From assembly GCA_963677595.1 (NCBI GenBank), contig OY782041.1:3232001-3296000 (forward strand): 64,000 bases of DNA, read 5' to 3'. Made by a program: the position numbers and the translations under genes. Within the stretch, counting starts at the first letter, position 1; every line of letters begins with the position of its first letter. This DNA comes from Spirochaetia bacterium. GTDB taxonomy: Bacteria > Spirochaetota > Spirochaetia > CAKZLE01. Positions 26,946 to 36,822 of the stretch are shown here, in pieces. The notes under the pieces were generated by a model. The model did not search any database, was not told where the DNA came from, and saw nothing but the letters and a program-made list of their open reading frames with translations.

Positions 26946-28123
26946 GTAAGGAAACAAGCAGGGAGCTGCTCGAACGCGCTTTGGCTCATCAGGAATGCAG
27001 TCGAGTGCCGTATGATCAATCCAGCAGGTCTTCCGCAATTGAGGAAGAACCGTATATACGATTGAAACAGGCTTTGGGCTTGGAGACCGAAACCACCTGT
27101 TATCTTCGTTCGCATGCCGACATCGAGGAGCCGGTGAGAAACCTCCTTGGGATCGATACGGAATTTGTCCGTTGTTTTCCTGAACATCACTGGGTCAGAT
27201 CAGGGAAGCAGGGGAACTGTTTTACCGATGCCTGGGGTGTCCCATGGCTCCAGAGGGAAGACAGCTACTATTATGAGATAGATAGTTATCCCCTGAAGGA
27301 CACAGAATATACTGACATCCTATCACAGAAGTGGACTCCCCTCATATCGAAAGAGACTGCCGTGCAGTTGCGATGTAATGCAGAATTCCTGTATGAAGCC
27401 CATGACAGTGCCCTATTCTCCGATCAGATAGGGGCAGGGATCTTTGAACGGGCTTGGTACCTGCGGGGCCTCGAGCAGTTCCTCATGGATATGATGCTTG
27501 AGAAGAACCAGGTCCATAGATATCTGGAAAAGATACTGCAGCATCAAATGGAAGGGTATGCCACGCTCTTTGAAGCGGTCGGACCATACATAACAGGTAT
27601 CCTCCTTACCGATGATCTTGCCACGCAGGAGAGCCTCCTATTCTCTCGGGAACTGTATCGGGAAATGATATTTCCCTACCAGAAACGACTTCTTGAGTTC
27701 ATCAACGCATTCGGGAAGAAAGTCATCTTTCACAGTTGTGGTGCGGTTTCACCGCTTATCCCTGACCTGCTTGAGGCTGGGGTAGAGATCCTTCATCCAA
27801 TACAGCATTCAGCCAGGGGTATGAACCCGGTCCAGATAAAACATGAATACGGCAGGGACCTGACGCTCTGGGGGGCAGGGATGGATACCTCTGTACTCCA
27901 GACGGCTAGCCCTGAAGAGATTGAGTCCTCTGTTACGAGGGACCTGTACGAACTACAAAAAGATGGTGGGTTCGTCTATACCACGACCCATTGTATCCAG
28001 CCGGGAACACCTCCTGAGAACATCCTCGCGATGACAGCAGCATTACGGGGCAGTTCCCTCTCGGAGATGCTTGCCGAAGCTCCATTATGCGAACTGCTGG
28101 AAGGGGTGTCCCATGGCGAATAA
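26942..28123 (+). CDS. Uroporphyrinogen decarboxylase-family protein 3
   Basis: DAWG, FERAWYLRGLE, DDLATQ, FHSCG, HCIQPGTPPENI. Confidence 0.85.
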   Translation: MSKETSRELLERALAHQECSRVPYDQSSRSSAIEEEPYIRLKQALGLETETTCYLRSHADIEEPVRNLLGIDTEFVRCFPEHHWVRSGKQGNCFTDAWGVPWLQREDSYYYEIDSYPLKDTEYTDILSQKWTPLISKETAVQLRCNAEFLYEAHDSALFSDQIGAGIFERAWYLRGLEQFLMDMMLEKNQVHRYLEKILQHQMEGYATLFEAVGPYITGILLTDDLATQESLLFSRELYREMIFPYQKRLLEFINAFGKKVIFHSCGAVSPLIPDLLEAGVEILHPIQHSARGMNPVQIKHEYGRDLTLWGAGMDTSVLQTASPEEIESSVTRDLYELQKDGGFVYTTTHCIQPGTPPENILAMTAALRGSSLSEMLAEAPLCELLEGVSHGE

Positions 28124-29213
28124 TCATATGGTTAGGGTGGACTGCATTGGCCTGAAGCATTTCTGTTGTGAGGTGTTCAAGAAGCTTGGTATGTCTGAAG
28201 GCCAGGCCGAGGACAGTGCAGATATCCTGGTATCTGCTGATATGCGGGGAATATCAAGTCATGGGGTTGCCCGCCTGTGGAGGTATGTGAATGGGGTCAG
28301 GAACGGCGTGATGGATCCCCATACAGAGAGTCGGGTCGTTCATGAGACTTCGATCTCCAAGGTCATTGATGCCCAAGGATCGATCGGTTTGAGCCTCAGT
28401 CGTAACGTCATGAAAGATGTCATACAGATGGCGAAAGGTTCAGGGTTCGCCGCGGCATCCGTACGGGATTCGAATCATTTCGGGATAGCGGGGTATTACG
28501 CCATGATGGGATTACCAGAGGATATGATCGGCATCGCAATGACCAATACTGCCGCTCTTGGTGTACCCACATTCGGGCGGGATGCCCAGTTCGGGACGAA
28601 CCCCTTGGCAATAGCGATACCTGCAGGGACGATGCCTCCCTTCGTCCTTGATATGGCTACCACCGTGGTCACGCGCGGCAAGGTTGAAAACTACAATCGG
28701 GAAGACACACCCCTGCCGCCAGGATGGGCAGTCAATACCCAAGGGGAATGTACCTCGGATGCGAGGGCTCTCCTGGAGGACATGTTGTATCAGAGAGGAG
28801 GGGGGATCCTCCCCCTTGGGGGGCTCGGGGAAGCGCTTGGCGGCCATAAAGGCTTCGGGCTGGGTGTCCTCGTTGATATTCTGAGTGCGGTCAGTTCCGG
28901 TGGAGTCTTCGGCAAGTCGGTCATGGACAGCAAGGAGACATCTGCCCGTGTCTGCCATTTCTTCGCTGCAATCAGGATCGATCTGTTCCGTGATCCTGAA
29001 GCCTTCAAATCGGATATGGACAGTCTACTGCGGGAGATCACAGAGGCGAGACCCGCAAAGGGCAGGGAACGAGTCTACTATGCAGGCCTCAAAGAGCATG
29101 AACATACCCTAAACAGTAGTAAGGACGGGATCCCGGTATCGGAGATTGTCTGGAATAATCTCGTGGAGATCGGGAGGGATTTACATATAAGCCTGCCTGT
29201 GCTGAAGAGTTGA
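28113..29213 (+). CDS. Ldh_2-family (AllD/YiaK/ComC-like) oxidoreductase
   Basis: RGISSHG, SNHFGIAGYY, GTNPLA, LDMAT, GHKGFGL. Confidence 0.9.
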   Translation: MANNHMVRVDCIGLKHFCCEVFKKLGMSEGQAEDSADILVSADMRGISSHGVARLWRYVNGVRNGVMDPHTESRVVHETSISKVIDAQGSIGLSLSRNVMKDVIQMAKGSGFAAASVRDSNHFGIAGYYAMMGLPEDMIGIAMTNTAALGVPTFGRDAQFGTNPLAIAIPAGTMPPFVLDMATTVVTRGKVENYNREDTPLPPGWAVNTQGECTSDARALLEDMLYQRGGGILPLGGLGEALGGHKGFGLGVLVDILSAVSSGGVFGKSVMDSKETSARVCHFFAAIRIDLFRDPEAFKSDMDSLLREITEARPAKGRERVYYAGLKEHEHTLNSSKDGIPVSEIVWNNLVEIGRDLHISLPVLKS

Positions 29214-29284
29214 TATGGAAGCAAGGTCATCCCGGGTGCAGAACTATGTCCGGAATGACTTGAACATAATACATGGAGGATTTT

Positions 29285-30616
29285 ATGAAACGTTTTACAG
29301 GATTGCTTTGCATCCTCATGCTGGTTACCAGCTTGACTGCATTGTCTGCCGGGGGAGTGCAGGAGACAGCTTCTTCAAAGGTTGACCTGACGGTATGGTC
29401 TTACCCCAGATTCATTGAGACTGGGACAGATGGTGAAGCCCTTGAGTCAGGTAGTTTTGAGAAGAGGATCATCGCGGAATTCATGGAAGAGCACCCAGAT
29501 GTGACTGTTACCCTCGAGATGATCCCATACAGTGGTGGGCCTGAGAAAGTCAAGACTGCCATTGCCGGGAAGAACCCGCCGGATGTCTTGGTTGATTATA
29601 TTGGGAGAATTGCAGAGTACTCATTCATGGATGTGCTTGTACCCCTTGATGATATGCTCTCAGCAGAAGACCGTAGGGATATCCCGGAAAGCATTATCTC
29701 CCTGTGCTCGGTAGACGGCAGTCTGGTGATGTACCCATGGGGGTCCATGCCTATAGGGTGGATAGCAAATAAAGCACTCTTCGATAAGGCAGAGTCTGCT
29801 AGTCTGCTTCCCCTTGACCGGGAAAGCCGGGACTGGAGTATCGAAGAGGCTGAAGCGGCCATGACAGCTGTCGCCTCACTCGAAGACACCTATGCAATGG
29901 CTCTCTGGGCCAAGGATGAGCAGGCTGACTCTACGATGCGGCTGCTCCTTCAGAACTTTGGGGCGGATATCTACAATGCCGATTATTCCGGGATTGTCCT
30001 TGATTCCCCAGCTGGTGTAGAGGGACTGGAATGGATACTCGAGATGACTGATGCAGGGGTATTTGCACCGGGAGCTGAGAGCGCCTCATTCATGGACACC
30101 TTCAGCTTGTTCACTTCCGGGAAGACTGCTATCATGCCTCTTGGGACAGCGGCGATATTTGCCTATCTGGAGAACATGGTTGAGAACGGGGAGGTTTCCC
30201 GGGAAGATATGGATCCAGTCGTGATCGCTCCCCCTGTAAAGGCCGGGGTTGACTTGCGGACGGACGTTCAGGCTCATGGTATCTGTATCTTCGATAATGG
30301 TGACAAACAAGTCATCGAGATGGGGAAGCTGCTGACTGAGAAGATGGCTAAGGAGTATCAGCGGGAAGGGAACCTGTATGCAGGGACTTTTCCTGTGCGG
30401 AAATCTGAGAGTTCCCTTTATGAGAACCCAGAGGTTGCCATCCTCAAGTATATGATCCCAAGTGCATCAGAGACAGGGTTGAAAGCCCCCTACTATGCTG
30501 AGATGCGTGCATTCTTCTACCCGCAGTTCCAGGCTGCGCTTACCGGGCAGAAGAGTGCAGCTCAGGCTCTGCAGGATTTTGCGCAGAAAACAAACGAGAT
30601 GCTTGCTGAGAATTGA
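29285..30616 (+). CDS. Carbohydrate ABC transporter solute-binding protein 1
   Basis: Signal peptide + AGGVQE; 'IAEFMEEHPDVTV', 'NKALFDKA', FTSGKTA. Confidence 0.85.
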   Translation: MKRFTGLLCILMLVTSLTALSAGGVQETASSKVDLTVWSYPRFIETGTDGEALESGSFEKRIIAEFMEEHPDVTVTLEMIPYSGGPEKVKTAIAGKNPPDVLVDYIGRIAEYSFMDVLVPLDDMLSAEDRRDIPESIISLCSVDGSLVMYPWGSMPIGWIANKALFDKAESASLLPLDRESRDWSIEEAEAAMTAVASLEDTYAMALWAKDEQADSTMRLLLQNFGADIYNADYSGIVLDSPAGVEGLEWILEMTDAGVFAPGAESASFMDTFSLFTSGKTAIMPLGTAAIFAYLENMVENGEVSREDMDPVVIAPPVKAGVDLRTDVQAHGICIFDNGDKQVIEMGKLLTEKMAKEYQREGNLYAGTFPVRKSESSLYENPEVAILKYMIPSASETGLKAPYYAEMRAFFYPQFQAALTGQKSAAQALQDFAQKTNEMLAEN

Positions 30617-30687
30617 CAACTGAAGACGATGAGATCCTGAATGTCCATTGGACCATCTAGAGCGTGAGAAGAAGGAATGAACCAACT

Positions 30688-31608
30688 ATGTCGCTGATGA
30701 GACCGATTACGAATAGACAGTTACACAAAAACAGCTTGGCCCTGAGAATGAAAGGGGGACTGGCAGGGTACCTGTTTGTGCTTCCGGTCTTCCTCTTCTT
30801 CGCGCTCTTTGTCCTCTATCCCCTTGTTGGGGCTTGCAGGATGAGTTTGTTCAAAGAGACCTTCAGGACCTCGGAATTCATTGGATTACGGAATTACCTC
30901 AGGCTTTTTGGTGATGAAGTCTTCTGGTACTCCTTGAGGAATACCTTGTTCTTCGCTGCAGTGGTTGTCCCTGCTGCTGCGTGTTTTGGGCTTGTTACCA
31001 GTGCGGTGATCGTCCATATGAAAGAACGGCAGCAATCATTCTACCGAGGTGTCTTTTACCTTCCGGCAGTCTCATCAGTAGTTACGATCGCGATCATCTG
31101 GAAATGGATGTATCACCCTATTTATGGGATGATCAACGCCCTGATCGGCATCTTCGGTGCAGAATCAGTCAACTGGCTTGGTTCGCCGACCTATGCGCTC
31201 CCTGCATTGATGTTGGTCGTGTTCCTGTTCAATGTAGGACAGCCGGTTATCCTCTATACGGCTGCTATGGGAGGGATTCCTCCCGTCTACTATGAGGTCG
31301 CGACCTTGGAGGGTGCTTCCCCATGGCAGAAGTTCCTTTATGTGACACTGCAGTTCGTCAAGCCGACGACGCTGTATATCATTGTGATCTTGACGATAGC
31401 ATCGTTCCAGACGTTTGCAGTTGTCCAGCTGATGACTGGGGGAGGGCCGGCCTACTCCACTACGACTATCGTCTATCAGCTGTATAAAGCTGCTTTCACG
31501 TTCGGTGATTTTGGGAAGGCTTCGGCTTATGGAGTTATCCTGGCTTTGATCGTTGCCGGTATTTCCGTCATCCAATATCGATGGATGACCTCAGATATTG
31601 AATTCTAG
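30688..31608 (+). CDS. Carbohydrate ABC permease (MalF/UgpA type)
   Basis: FIGLRNY, EAA-like loop 'YYEVATLEGA', MTGGGP. Confidence 0.9.
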   Translation: MSLMRPITNRQLHKNSLALRMKGGLAGYLFVLPVFLFFALFVLYPLVGACRMSLFKETFRTSEFIGLRNYLRLFGDEVFWYSLRNTLFFAAVVVPAAACFGLVTSAVIVHMKERQQSFYRGVFYLPAVSSVVTIAIIWKWMYHPIYGMINALIGIFGAESVNWLGSPTYALPALMLVVFLFNVGQPVILYTAAMGGIPPVYYEVATLEGASPWQKFLYVTLQFVKPTTLYIIVILTIASFQTFAVVQLMTGGGPAYSTTTIVYQLYKAAFTFGDFGKASAYGVILALIVAGISVIQYRWMTSDIEF

Positions 31609-31615
31609 GAGAAGG

Positions 31616-32452
31616 ATGTTGAACACAGATACCAGATACAGCATACGATTCTTCAGCACGCGATTCCTGATGTTGGTTCTTGCTATACTCTTCCTATTCC
31701 CCTTCTATTGGATGGTAGCAATATCATTCAGATCCCAGCAATCGATCCTGCAGGTCCCGCCACAACTGATTGACACCGTATTGACCTTAGATAACTATCA
31801 AAGGCTCCTGAGAGCCCCCCATGTGCTGGTCTGGGTGTTCAACAGTTTCTTTGTCTCTATCGCTACCGTGCTGCTGGTCTGCATTACCTCAGCCCTTGCT
31901 GGTTATGGGTTTGCAAAAAAACAGTTTCCCGGTAAGCAGGTCATCTTCTGGACCATGATCGGGGCTATGGCACTGCCGAAACAGGTCCTGCTGGTTCCCC
32001 TGTTCTCCCTGATGAATAGTTTCGGGTTCACTGATACGTATCAGGGACTGATCATGCCCGCTGTAGGATGGCCATTCGGTGTATTCCTGGTAAAGCAGTT
32101 TGCGCAGACCATTCCCTCTGAGCTGATGGATGCCGCAGAGATCGATGGGTGCGGGGAACTGACAACGTTCATCAGGGTCATTGCCCCGCTGATCATGCCA
32201 GGTGTAGGAGCCCTCGCGATTTTCACGTTCATGAGTAGTTGGAATGACTATTTCTGGCAGCTGATCGTAATTCAATCCAACCAGATGAAGACCCTTCCGC
32301 TTGGGGTTGCTGGCCTGCAGGCTGAGTTCCTGACAGATTACGGCTTACAGATGGCCGGTTCTGTCGCCGCATCCATCCCAATGATTATAGTTTTTATTGC
32401 CTTTCAAAGATACTTCAAGATGGGACTGACCATCGGAGCGGTGAAAGGATGA
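31616..32452 (+). CDS. Carbohydrate ABC permease (MalG/UgpE type)
   Basis: ELMDAAEIDG, WNDYFW, C-terminal GAVKG. Confidence 0.9.
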   Translation: MLNTDTRYSIRFFSTRFLMLVLAILFLFPFYWMVAISFRSQQSILQVPPQLIDTVLTLDNYQRLLRAPHVLVWVFNSFFVSIATVLLVCITSALAGYGFAKKQFPGKQVIFWTMIGAMALPKQVLLVPLFSLMNSFGFTDTYQGLIMPAVGWPFGVFLVKQFAQTIPSELMDAAEIDGCGELTTFIRVIAPLIMPGVGALAIFTFMSSWNDYFWQLIVIQSNQMKTLPLGVAGLQAEFLTDYGLQMAGSVAASIPMIIVFIAFQRYFKMGLTIGAVKG

Positions 32453-32464
32453 CAAGGAGTACGT

Positions 32465-33379
32465 GTGAAAAAGAAGCATGAGATGAGATCAGGGAAGAAG
32501 AAGATTGGGCAAGCCAAGGAGAACCTGATCGGGTACCTGTTCATTCTGCCCAATCTGACAGGGTTCCTCACATTTACCGTTTTTGCCGTAGTGTTCTCAT
32601 TCTATATGAGCTTCACTGATTGGAGCCTGATCAAGAGATTCGAGAATATCTCATGGGTTGGCTTGGATAATTATCTTGACCTCTTCGTGGATAAATGGTT
32701 CCATGCGTCGGTCATGAACAACCTCTGGTTCCTCCTGGTCATCCCAGTCATGATATTCCTGGCTATGGTCTTTGCGTTCCTGGTGAATGACAAGATCTTC
32801 TGCAAGAATGCTTTCAGAACCATCCTGTACCTCCCGAATATCACCAGTGTGGTAGCCATTTCTGTGATCTGGTTCACGCTGTTCAACCCACGGACCGGTC
32901 CGATAAATGAGTTCCTACGCTCTTTGGGAGTCGAGAATCCCCCTCAATGGCTGATCAGCACCGTTTGGGCTAAACCGACCATCGGGCTCCTGATGATCTG
33001 GAAAACAGTAGGGTACTACACCATTCTCTATCTGGCAGCGCTGCAGGGGATCTCAGGAAGACTCTATGAAGCTGCGACAGTTGATGGGGCGACAATGGTA
33101 CAGCAGTTCTTCAAGATCACCATCCCCCTGCTGTCTCCAACCACATTTATGCTGACCGTGCTCTCCGTCATGAATATTTTCAAGGACTGGTCTCTCATTC
33201 AGATCATGACTGAAGGAGGGCCTGGTACCTCTACCTATACGATCGGGTATTACATCTATTATGCAGCTTTCAAGAAGATGCGGATGGGGTATGCTGCAAG
33301 CCTCGCATGGGTACTGCTGGCCATTATCATGGTTTTCACCGTGATCAGGTTCCGGGTTGAGAAGAAAAGGGAGTTTTAG
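32465..33379 (+). CDS. Carbohydrate ABC permease (MalF/UgpA type), second
   Basis: WVGLDNY, LYEAATVDGA, MTEGGP. Confidence 0.9.
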   Translation: MKKKHEMRSGKKKIGQAKENLIGYLFILPNLTGFLTFTVFAVVFSFYMSFTDWSLIKRFENISWVGLDNYLDLFVDKWFHASVMNNLWFLLVIPVMIFLAMVFAFLVNDKIFCKNAFRTILYLPNITSVVAISVIWFTLFNPRTGPINEFLRSLGVENPPQWLISTVWAKPTIGLLMIWKTVGYYTILYLAALQGISGRLYEAATVDGATMVQQFFKITIPLLSPTTFMLTVLSVMNIFKDWSLIQIMTEGGPGTSTYTIGYYIYYAAFKKMRMGYAASLAWVLLAIIMVFTVIRFRVEKKREF

Positions 33380-33383
33380 GGAG

Positions 33384-34250
33384 ATGGACATACTGCAACA
33401 ACAAGATATATCCGGTTACGGTCGGAAGAGACTCATTCGGAAGATTTTCATGACACTGATTATGGCAGCTTTCTCCCTCACGATGATCCTTCCCTTTCTC
33501 TGGATGATCTCAAGCTCTTTCAAGGATTCAATCTCCATGTTCAGCTACCCAATAAAGTGGATACCCGAGAAATGGAACTTCTCCGGTTACCGGGAAGTAT
33601 GGACGGGAGATGTGAACTTCATCCAGTTTTTCCTGAACTCGGTGAAGATAACCTTCCTCGCGGTGCTTGGGACTGTCTTCTCGTGCACCATGGGCGGGTA
33701 TGCTTATGCGAAGATCAACTTCCGCGGACGGGACACGCTATTCCTGGTAAAGCTGTCGACCATGATGATCCCTGCACAGATCACGATGCTGCCAACCTTC
33801 ATGATCTTCAAGTGGCTTGGGCTGCTCAATACTCATGCAGCACTCTGGCTGCCGTTCTTTCTCGGACAACCCTTTGGTACCTTCCTGATGAGACAGTATT
33901 TCCAGAAGGTCCCCCAGGAACTGATTGACTCGGCGAAGATTGATGGTGCCGGCCATTTCAGAGTCTTCTTCACCATAGCCCTGCCGCTGGTCCGGGCGGG
34001 GCTCTCGGTGCTGGTGTTCCTATATTTCGTTTGGGCTTGGAATTACTATGAGGGACCGCTTCTCTACATTCGCAGCACCGAGCTCTATACATTACCGCTA
34101 GCGCTGAAATTCTTCTCTGATGAGTTCAGCACAAACTATACAGCAGTGCTTGCTGCGAGTGTCTCGATGACAGTACCTGTCCTGGCGCTATTCATCGGGC
34201 TGCAGAGATTCTTTATTGAGGACATTACTTCAACAGGTTTGAAGGGATGA
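33384..34250 (+). CDS. Carbohydrate ABC permease (MalG/UgpE type), second
   Basis: ELIDSAKIDGA, WNYYEGPL, C-terminal TGLKG. Confidence 0.9.
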   Translation: MDILQQQDISGYGRKRLIRKIFMTLIMAAFSLTMILPFLWMISSSFKDSISMFSYPIKWIPEKWNFSGYREVWTGDVNFIQFFLNSVKITFLAVLGTVFSCTMGGYAYAKINFRGRDTLFLVKLSTMMIPAQITMLPTFMIFKWLGLLNTHAALWLPFFLGQPFGTFLMRQYFQKVPQELIDSAKIDGAGHFRVFFTIALPLVRAGLSVLVFLYFVWAWNYYEGPLLYIRSTELYTLPLALKFFSDEFSTNYTAVLAASVSMTVPVLALFIGLQRFFIEDITSTGLKG

Positions 34251-34275
34251 AATATAGTAATAAACGGAGGAAAAC

Positions 34276-35661
34276 ATGAGGAAAGGTGTAGTATGGGTTC
34301 TTTGCATGATGTTGATCATCAGCAGTGCGTTCAGTGTGTATGCCCAGGGTTCACGTGAGACAGCGGAACCGGAGGGACCTGAGAAGGTCGTTTGGGGTGC
34401 GTATGGGTATCTGGCGCAGGACAAAGCGGACAGGATCGCGGAGGCTTTCGAGGCAGTATATCCGGAGTATGAACTCGAGTATGTTGATCTGGGGAGTACC
34501 GACTACCTGGTCAGGCTTGATACGATGGTAGCATCAGGTGAACGGCTGGACATGGCTCTTACTATGGATTCTGTCGCCTATACGAATCGCGCAAAGGAAG
34601 GAATGTTCCTGCCGATTGAAGCATATCTTACAGAAGATGGTTTTGATCTGTATGATGCCTTTGGTGACGGTATCGCTGCATCATACATTGATGATGAGAT
34701 CTATGGGCTTCCCTATACGAAGGGCGGGTTCTATGTATTCTATAACAAGGATATGTTCGATGCTGCAGGACTCGCTTATCCGACTGATGACTGGACCTGG
34801 GAAGAGTTCGAGAGAACTGCGAAACAGCTGACAACAGGGGAGGGTGCCGATAAGGTCTATGGTGCGAATGTCCATCTGACCTGGGGCTATGGGATTGAGA
34901 CTCTCCCAGCCCAGATGGCTGGCTGGACCCCGTTCAAGGATGGGAATAAGGATGCTGCGAATCTGGATGACCCGAGACTGGAAGCATCATTAGCTATGTG
35001 GAACCGGATGCAGAATGTGGATGAGAGTGCGATCAGCCTCTCTACGTTCAAGGCTGAACAGATTGGCTCGAGGATGCCCTTCGCCCGTGGTGAGGCTGCA
35101 ATGCTCCTGAGTAACTGGTGGTCGGCAAGCTGGTTCATCAGTGCGAAATACGGTTCAGCTGAAGGTGACGCTATCCTGAATTTCGATATGGGGATTGCGA
35201 ATATCCCGCGACCGGATGTATCTGTACCGAACAACTTAAATGCAACTGACATGGACTATTATTATGCAGTACCGGTAACGGCTGAGAACCCGAGAGGAGG
35301 GGCTCTGCTTGCACGCTTTATCATCACTGATATGTGGCCGAAGATGGGGATCCTCTCATCCTACCGATATGAGGACCTTGCAGAGTTCAAGGAATCCTTT
35401 ACGGCTTATACTGACACTGATGGCAATAAGCATGTCATGGACTACTCTGACGAGATCGTGACCAAGATCATGGGTAACTGGACCCAGCCGATCTCTGCGT
35501 ACTACAAGCATGGTACCGGCCTGAACCCGGAGGGATTGTCTGTTATGATGGACATCTATGACCAGGAGAGAGAGCTCTACTATCTTGGGGAGCAGGGACT
35601 TGATGAAACACTGTCAAGGATGCAGCAGCGAGCCCAGGAAGAGTTGGATATGTTAAAGTAG
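34276..35661 (+). CDS. Carbohydrate ABC transporter solute-binding protein 2
   Basis: Signal + AQGSRE; IYGLP, FYNKDMFDAAGLAYP-x-x-DWTWEEF. Confidence 0.85.
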   Translation: MRKGVVWVLCMMLIISSAFSVYAQGSRETAEPEGPEKVVWGAYGYLAQDKADRIAEAFEAVYPEYELEYVDLGSTDYLVRLDTMVASGERLDMALTMDSVAYTNRAKEGMFLPIEAYLTEDGFDLYDAFGDGIAASYIDDEIYGLPYTKGGFYVFYNKDMFDAAGLAYPTDDWTWEEFERTAKQLTTGEGADKVYGANVHLTWGYGIETLPAQMAGWTPFKDGNKDAANLDDPRLEASLAMWNRMQNVDESAISLSTFKAEQIGSRMPFARGEAAMLLSNWWSASWFISAKYGSAEGDAILNFDMGIANIPRPDVSVPNNLNATDMDYYYAVPVTAENPRGGALLARFIITDMWPKMGILSSYRYEDLAEFKESFTAYTDTDGNKHVMDYSDEIVTKIMGNWTQPISAYYKHGTGLNPEGLSVMMDIYDQERELYYLGEQGLDETLSRMQQRAQEELDMLK

Positions 35662-35671
35662 CAATATAACT

Positions 35672-35699
35672 TACCGGCATATCGAAAGATATGCCGGTA
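35672..35699 (+). terminator. Intercistronic hairpin (terminator or mRNA stabiliser) after SBP2
   Basis: Perfect 12-bp stem TACCGGCATATC-GAAA-GATATGCCGGTA. Confidence 0.7.
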
Positions 35700-35724
35700 G
35701 CTACTTGGTTTATGAGGATAGCAG

Positions 35725-36822
35725 ATGAATAGTATTGAACATAGTATGCCGATCAAGAATGACATGTATAATGCTTTTCCCAGTATTGTACGGGCAAAGA
35801 ACGGTAATCTGGTCATGGTTTTTCGGCAAGCTGATAACAGTTTGAAGAAATACGGTGCAGTCTCGCATGTGGATCCTTCCTCATGTGTGGCTCTCTGCAC
35901 ATCAAGCGATGAGGGGGCGACATGGAGTGAAGTCAGGATCATCCATGATGATGAATACGGGTCCCAGGACCCATGTATTACCTGCCTGAATGATGGTACA
36001 TTGCTTTGTACGTTCTTCCAGTGGAACGTGGTTCCTATAGAAGAGAAGGCTGTACTGGGAGAGGCTTTTGAACATTATGGCCGGACGGTCTTCGACCGGT
36101 GGGCGGCTGTCCATATCGGTACTGTCTGTATTCGTTCCACTGATCATGGAGAGACCTGGGATGGTCCGTACCCCATGACGCCGACAGGCTTTGAAGGGCC
36201 AGCAGCACTTAGAGGGAATGTGGTCGAGCTCGCTTCCGGGACGTTGCTTTCTCCTCTCTATGCGGCAAAGCATTTCGGCGATACGGCCACCTGCCTGATA
36301 CTCGCCTCAGAGGATGGCGGGTACAGCTGGGAGTCAAGAGGGGAGATCCCCGCGGATCCCTCGCTGCACTTCCTGGAACCATTTCTCTATCAGGCCCCAT
36401 TGGGACGCCTTGATATCCTCATGAGGACCCAGAAGGATTTCAGGAAGATGGACTTTAATGCAACCTATCTGCCCCTGTACAGGGCTTTCTCTACTGATGG
36501 TGGAACGACCTGGAGTACACCAGTATCAACGAACCTGTTCTGCCCCAACCCTGTACACGTACTCTCGCTTGACAGTGATCGGGTGCTGCTGACCTATGGG
36601 CAGCGGAAGAAGCCGATCGGTATCGAGGCTGTCATCACGGATGCAGAGACGCTGGATCTGGAACATCCCACTATTGAAGTGGTACGCCCTGCAGATTCCG
36701 GAGATCTTGGTTATACCAGTGCCGTCAGGCTGAAAGATGGTTCTGTCCTGGTCGTCTACTATATGACTGATGAAGAGGATGCGGCCTGTATTGGCGCAAC
36801 GAAGATAGGAGTGGCTCGATGA
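35725..36822 (+). CDS. Sialidase-family (BNR/Asp-box) beta-propeller protein, no signal peptide
   Basis: Four Asp-boxes: SSDEGATW, STDHGETW, SEDGGYSW, STDGGTTW; AFPSI and DLGY motifs. Confidence 0.8.
   Translation: MNSIEHSMPIKNDMYNAFPSIVRAKNGNLVMVFRQADNSLKKYGAVSHVDPSSCVALCTSSDEGATWSEVRIIHDDEYGSQDPCITCLNDGTLLCTFFQWNVVPIEEKAVLGEAFEHYGRTVFDRWAAVHIGTVCIRSTDHGETWDGPYPMTPTGFEGPAALRGNVVELASGTLLSPLYAAKHFGDTATCLILASEDGGYSWESRGEIPADPSLHFLEPFLYQAPLGRLDILMRTQKDFRKMDFNATYLPLYRAFSTDGGTTWSTPVSTNLFCPNPVHVLSLDSDRVLLTYGQRKKPIGIEAVITDAETLDLEHPTIEVVRPADSGDLGYTSAVRLKDGSVLVVYYMTDEEDAACIGATKIGVAR

Noticed and set aside
24757-28123. Calling the URO-D-family genes hemE
   Set aside because: They carry H-x-C metal motifs, lack the HemE W-x-MRQAGR signature, and have no tetrapyrrole context.
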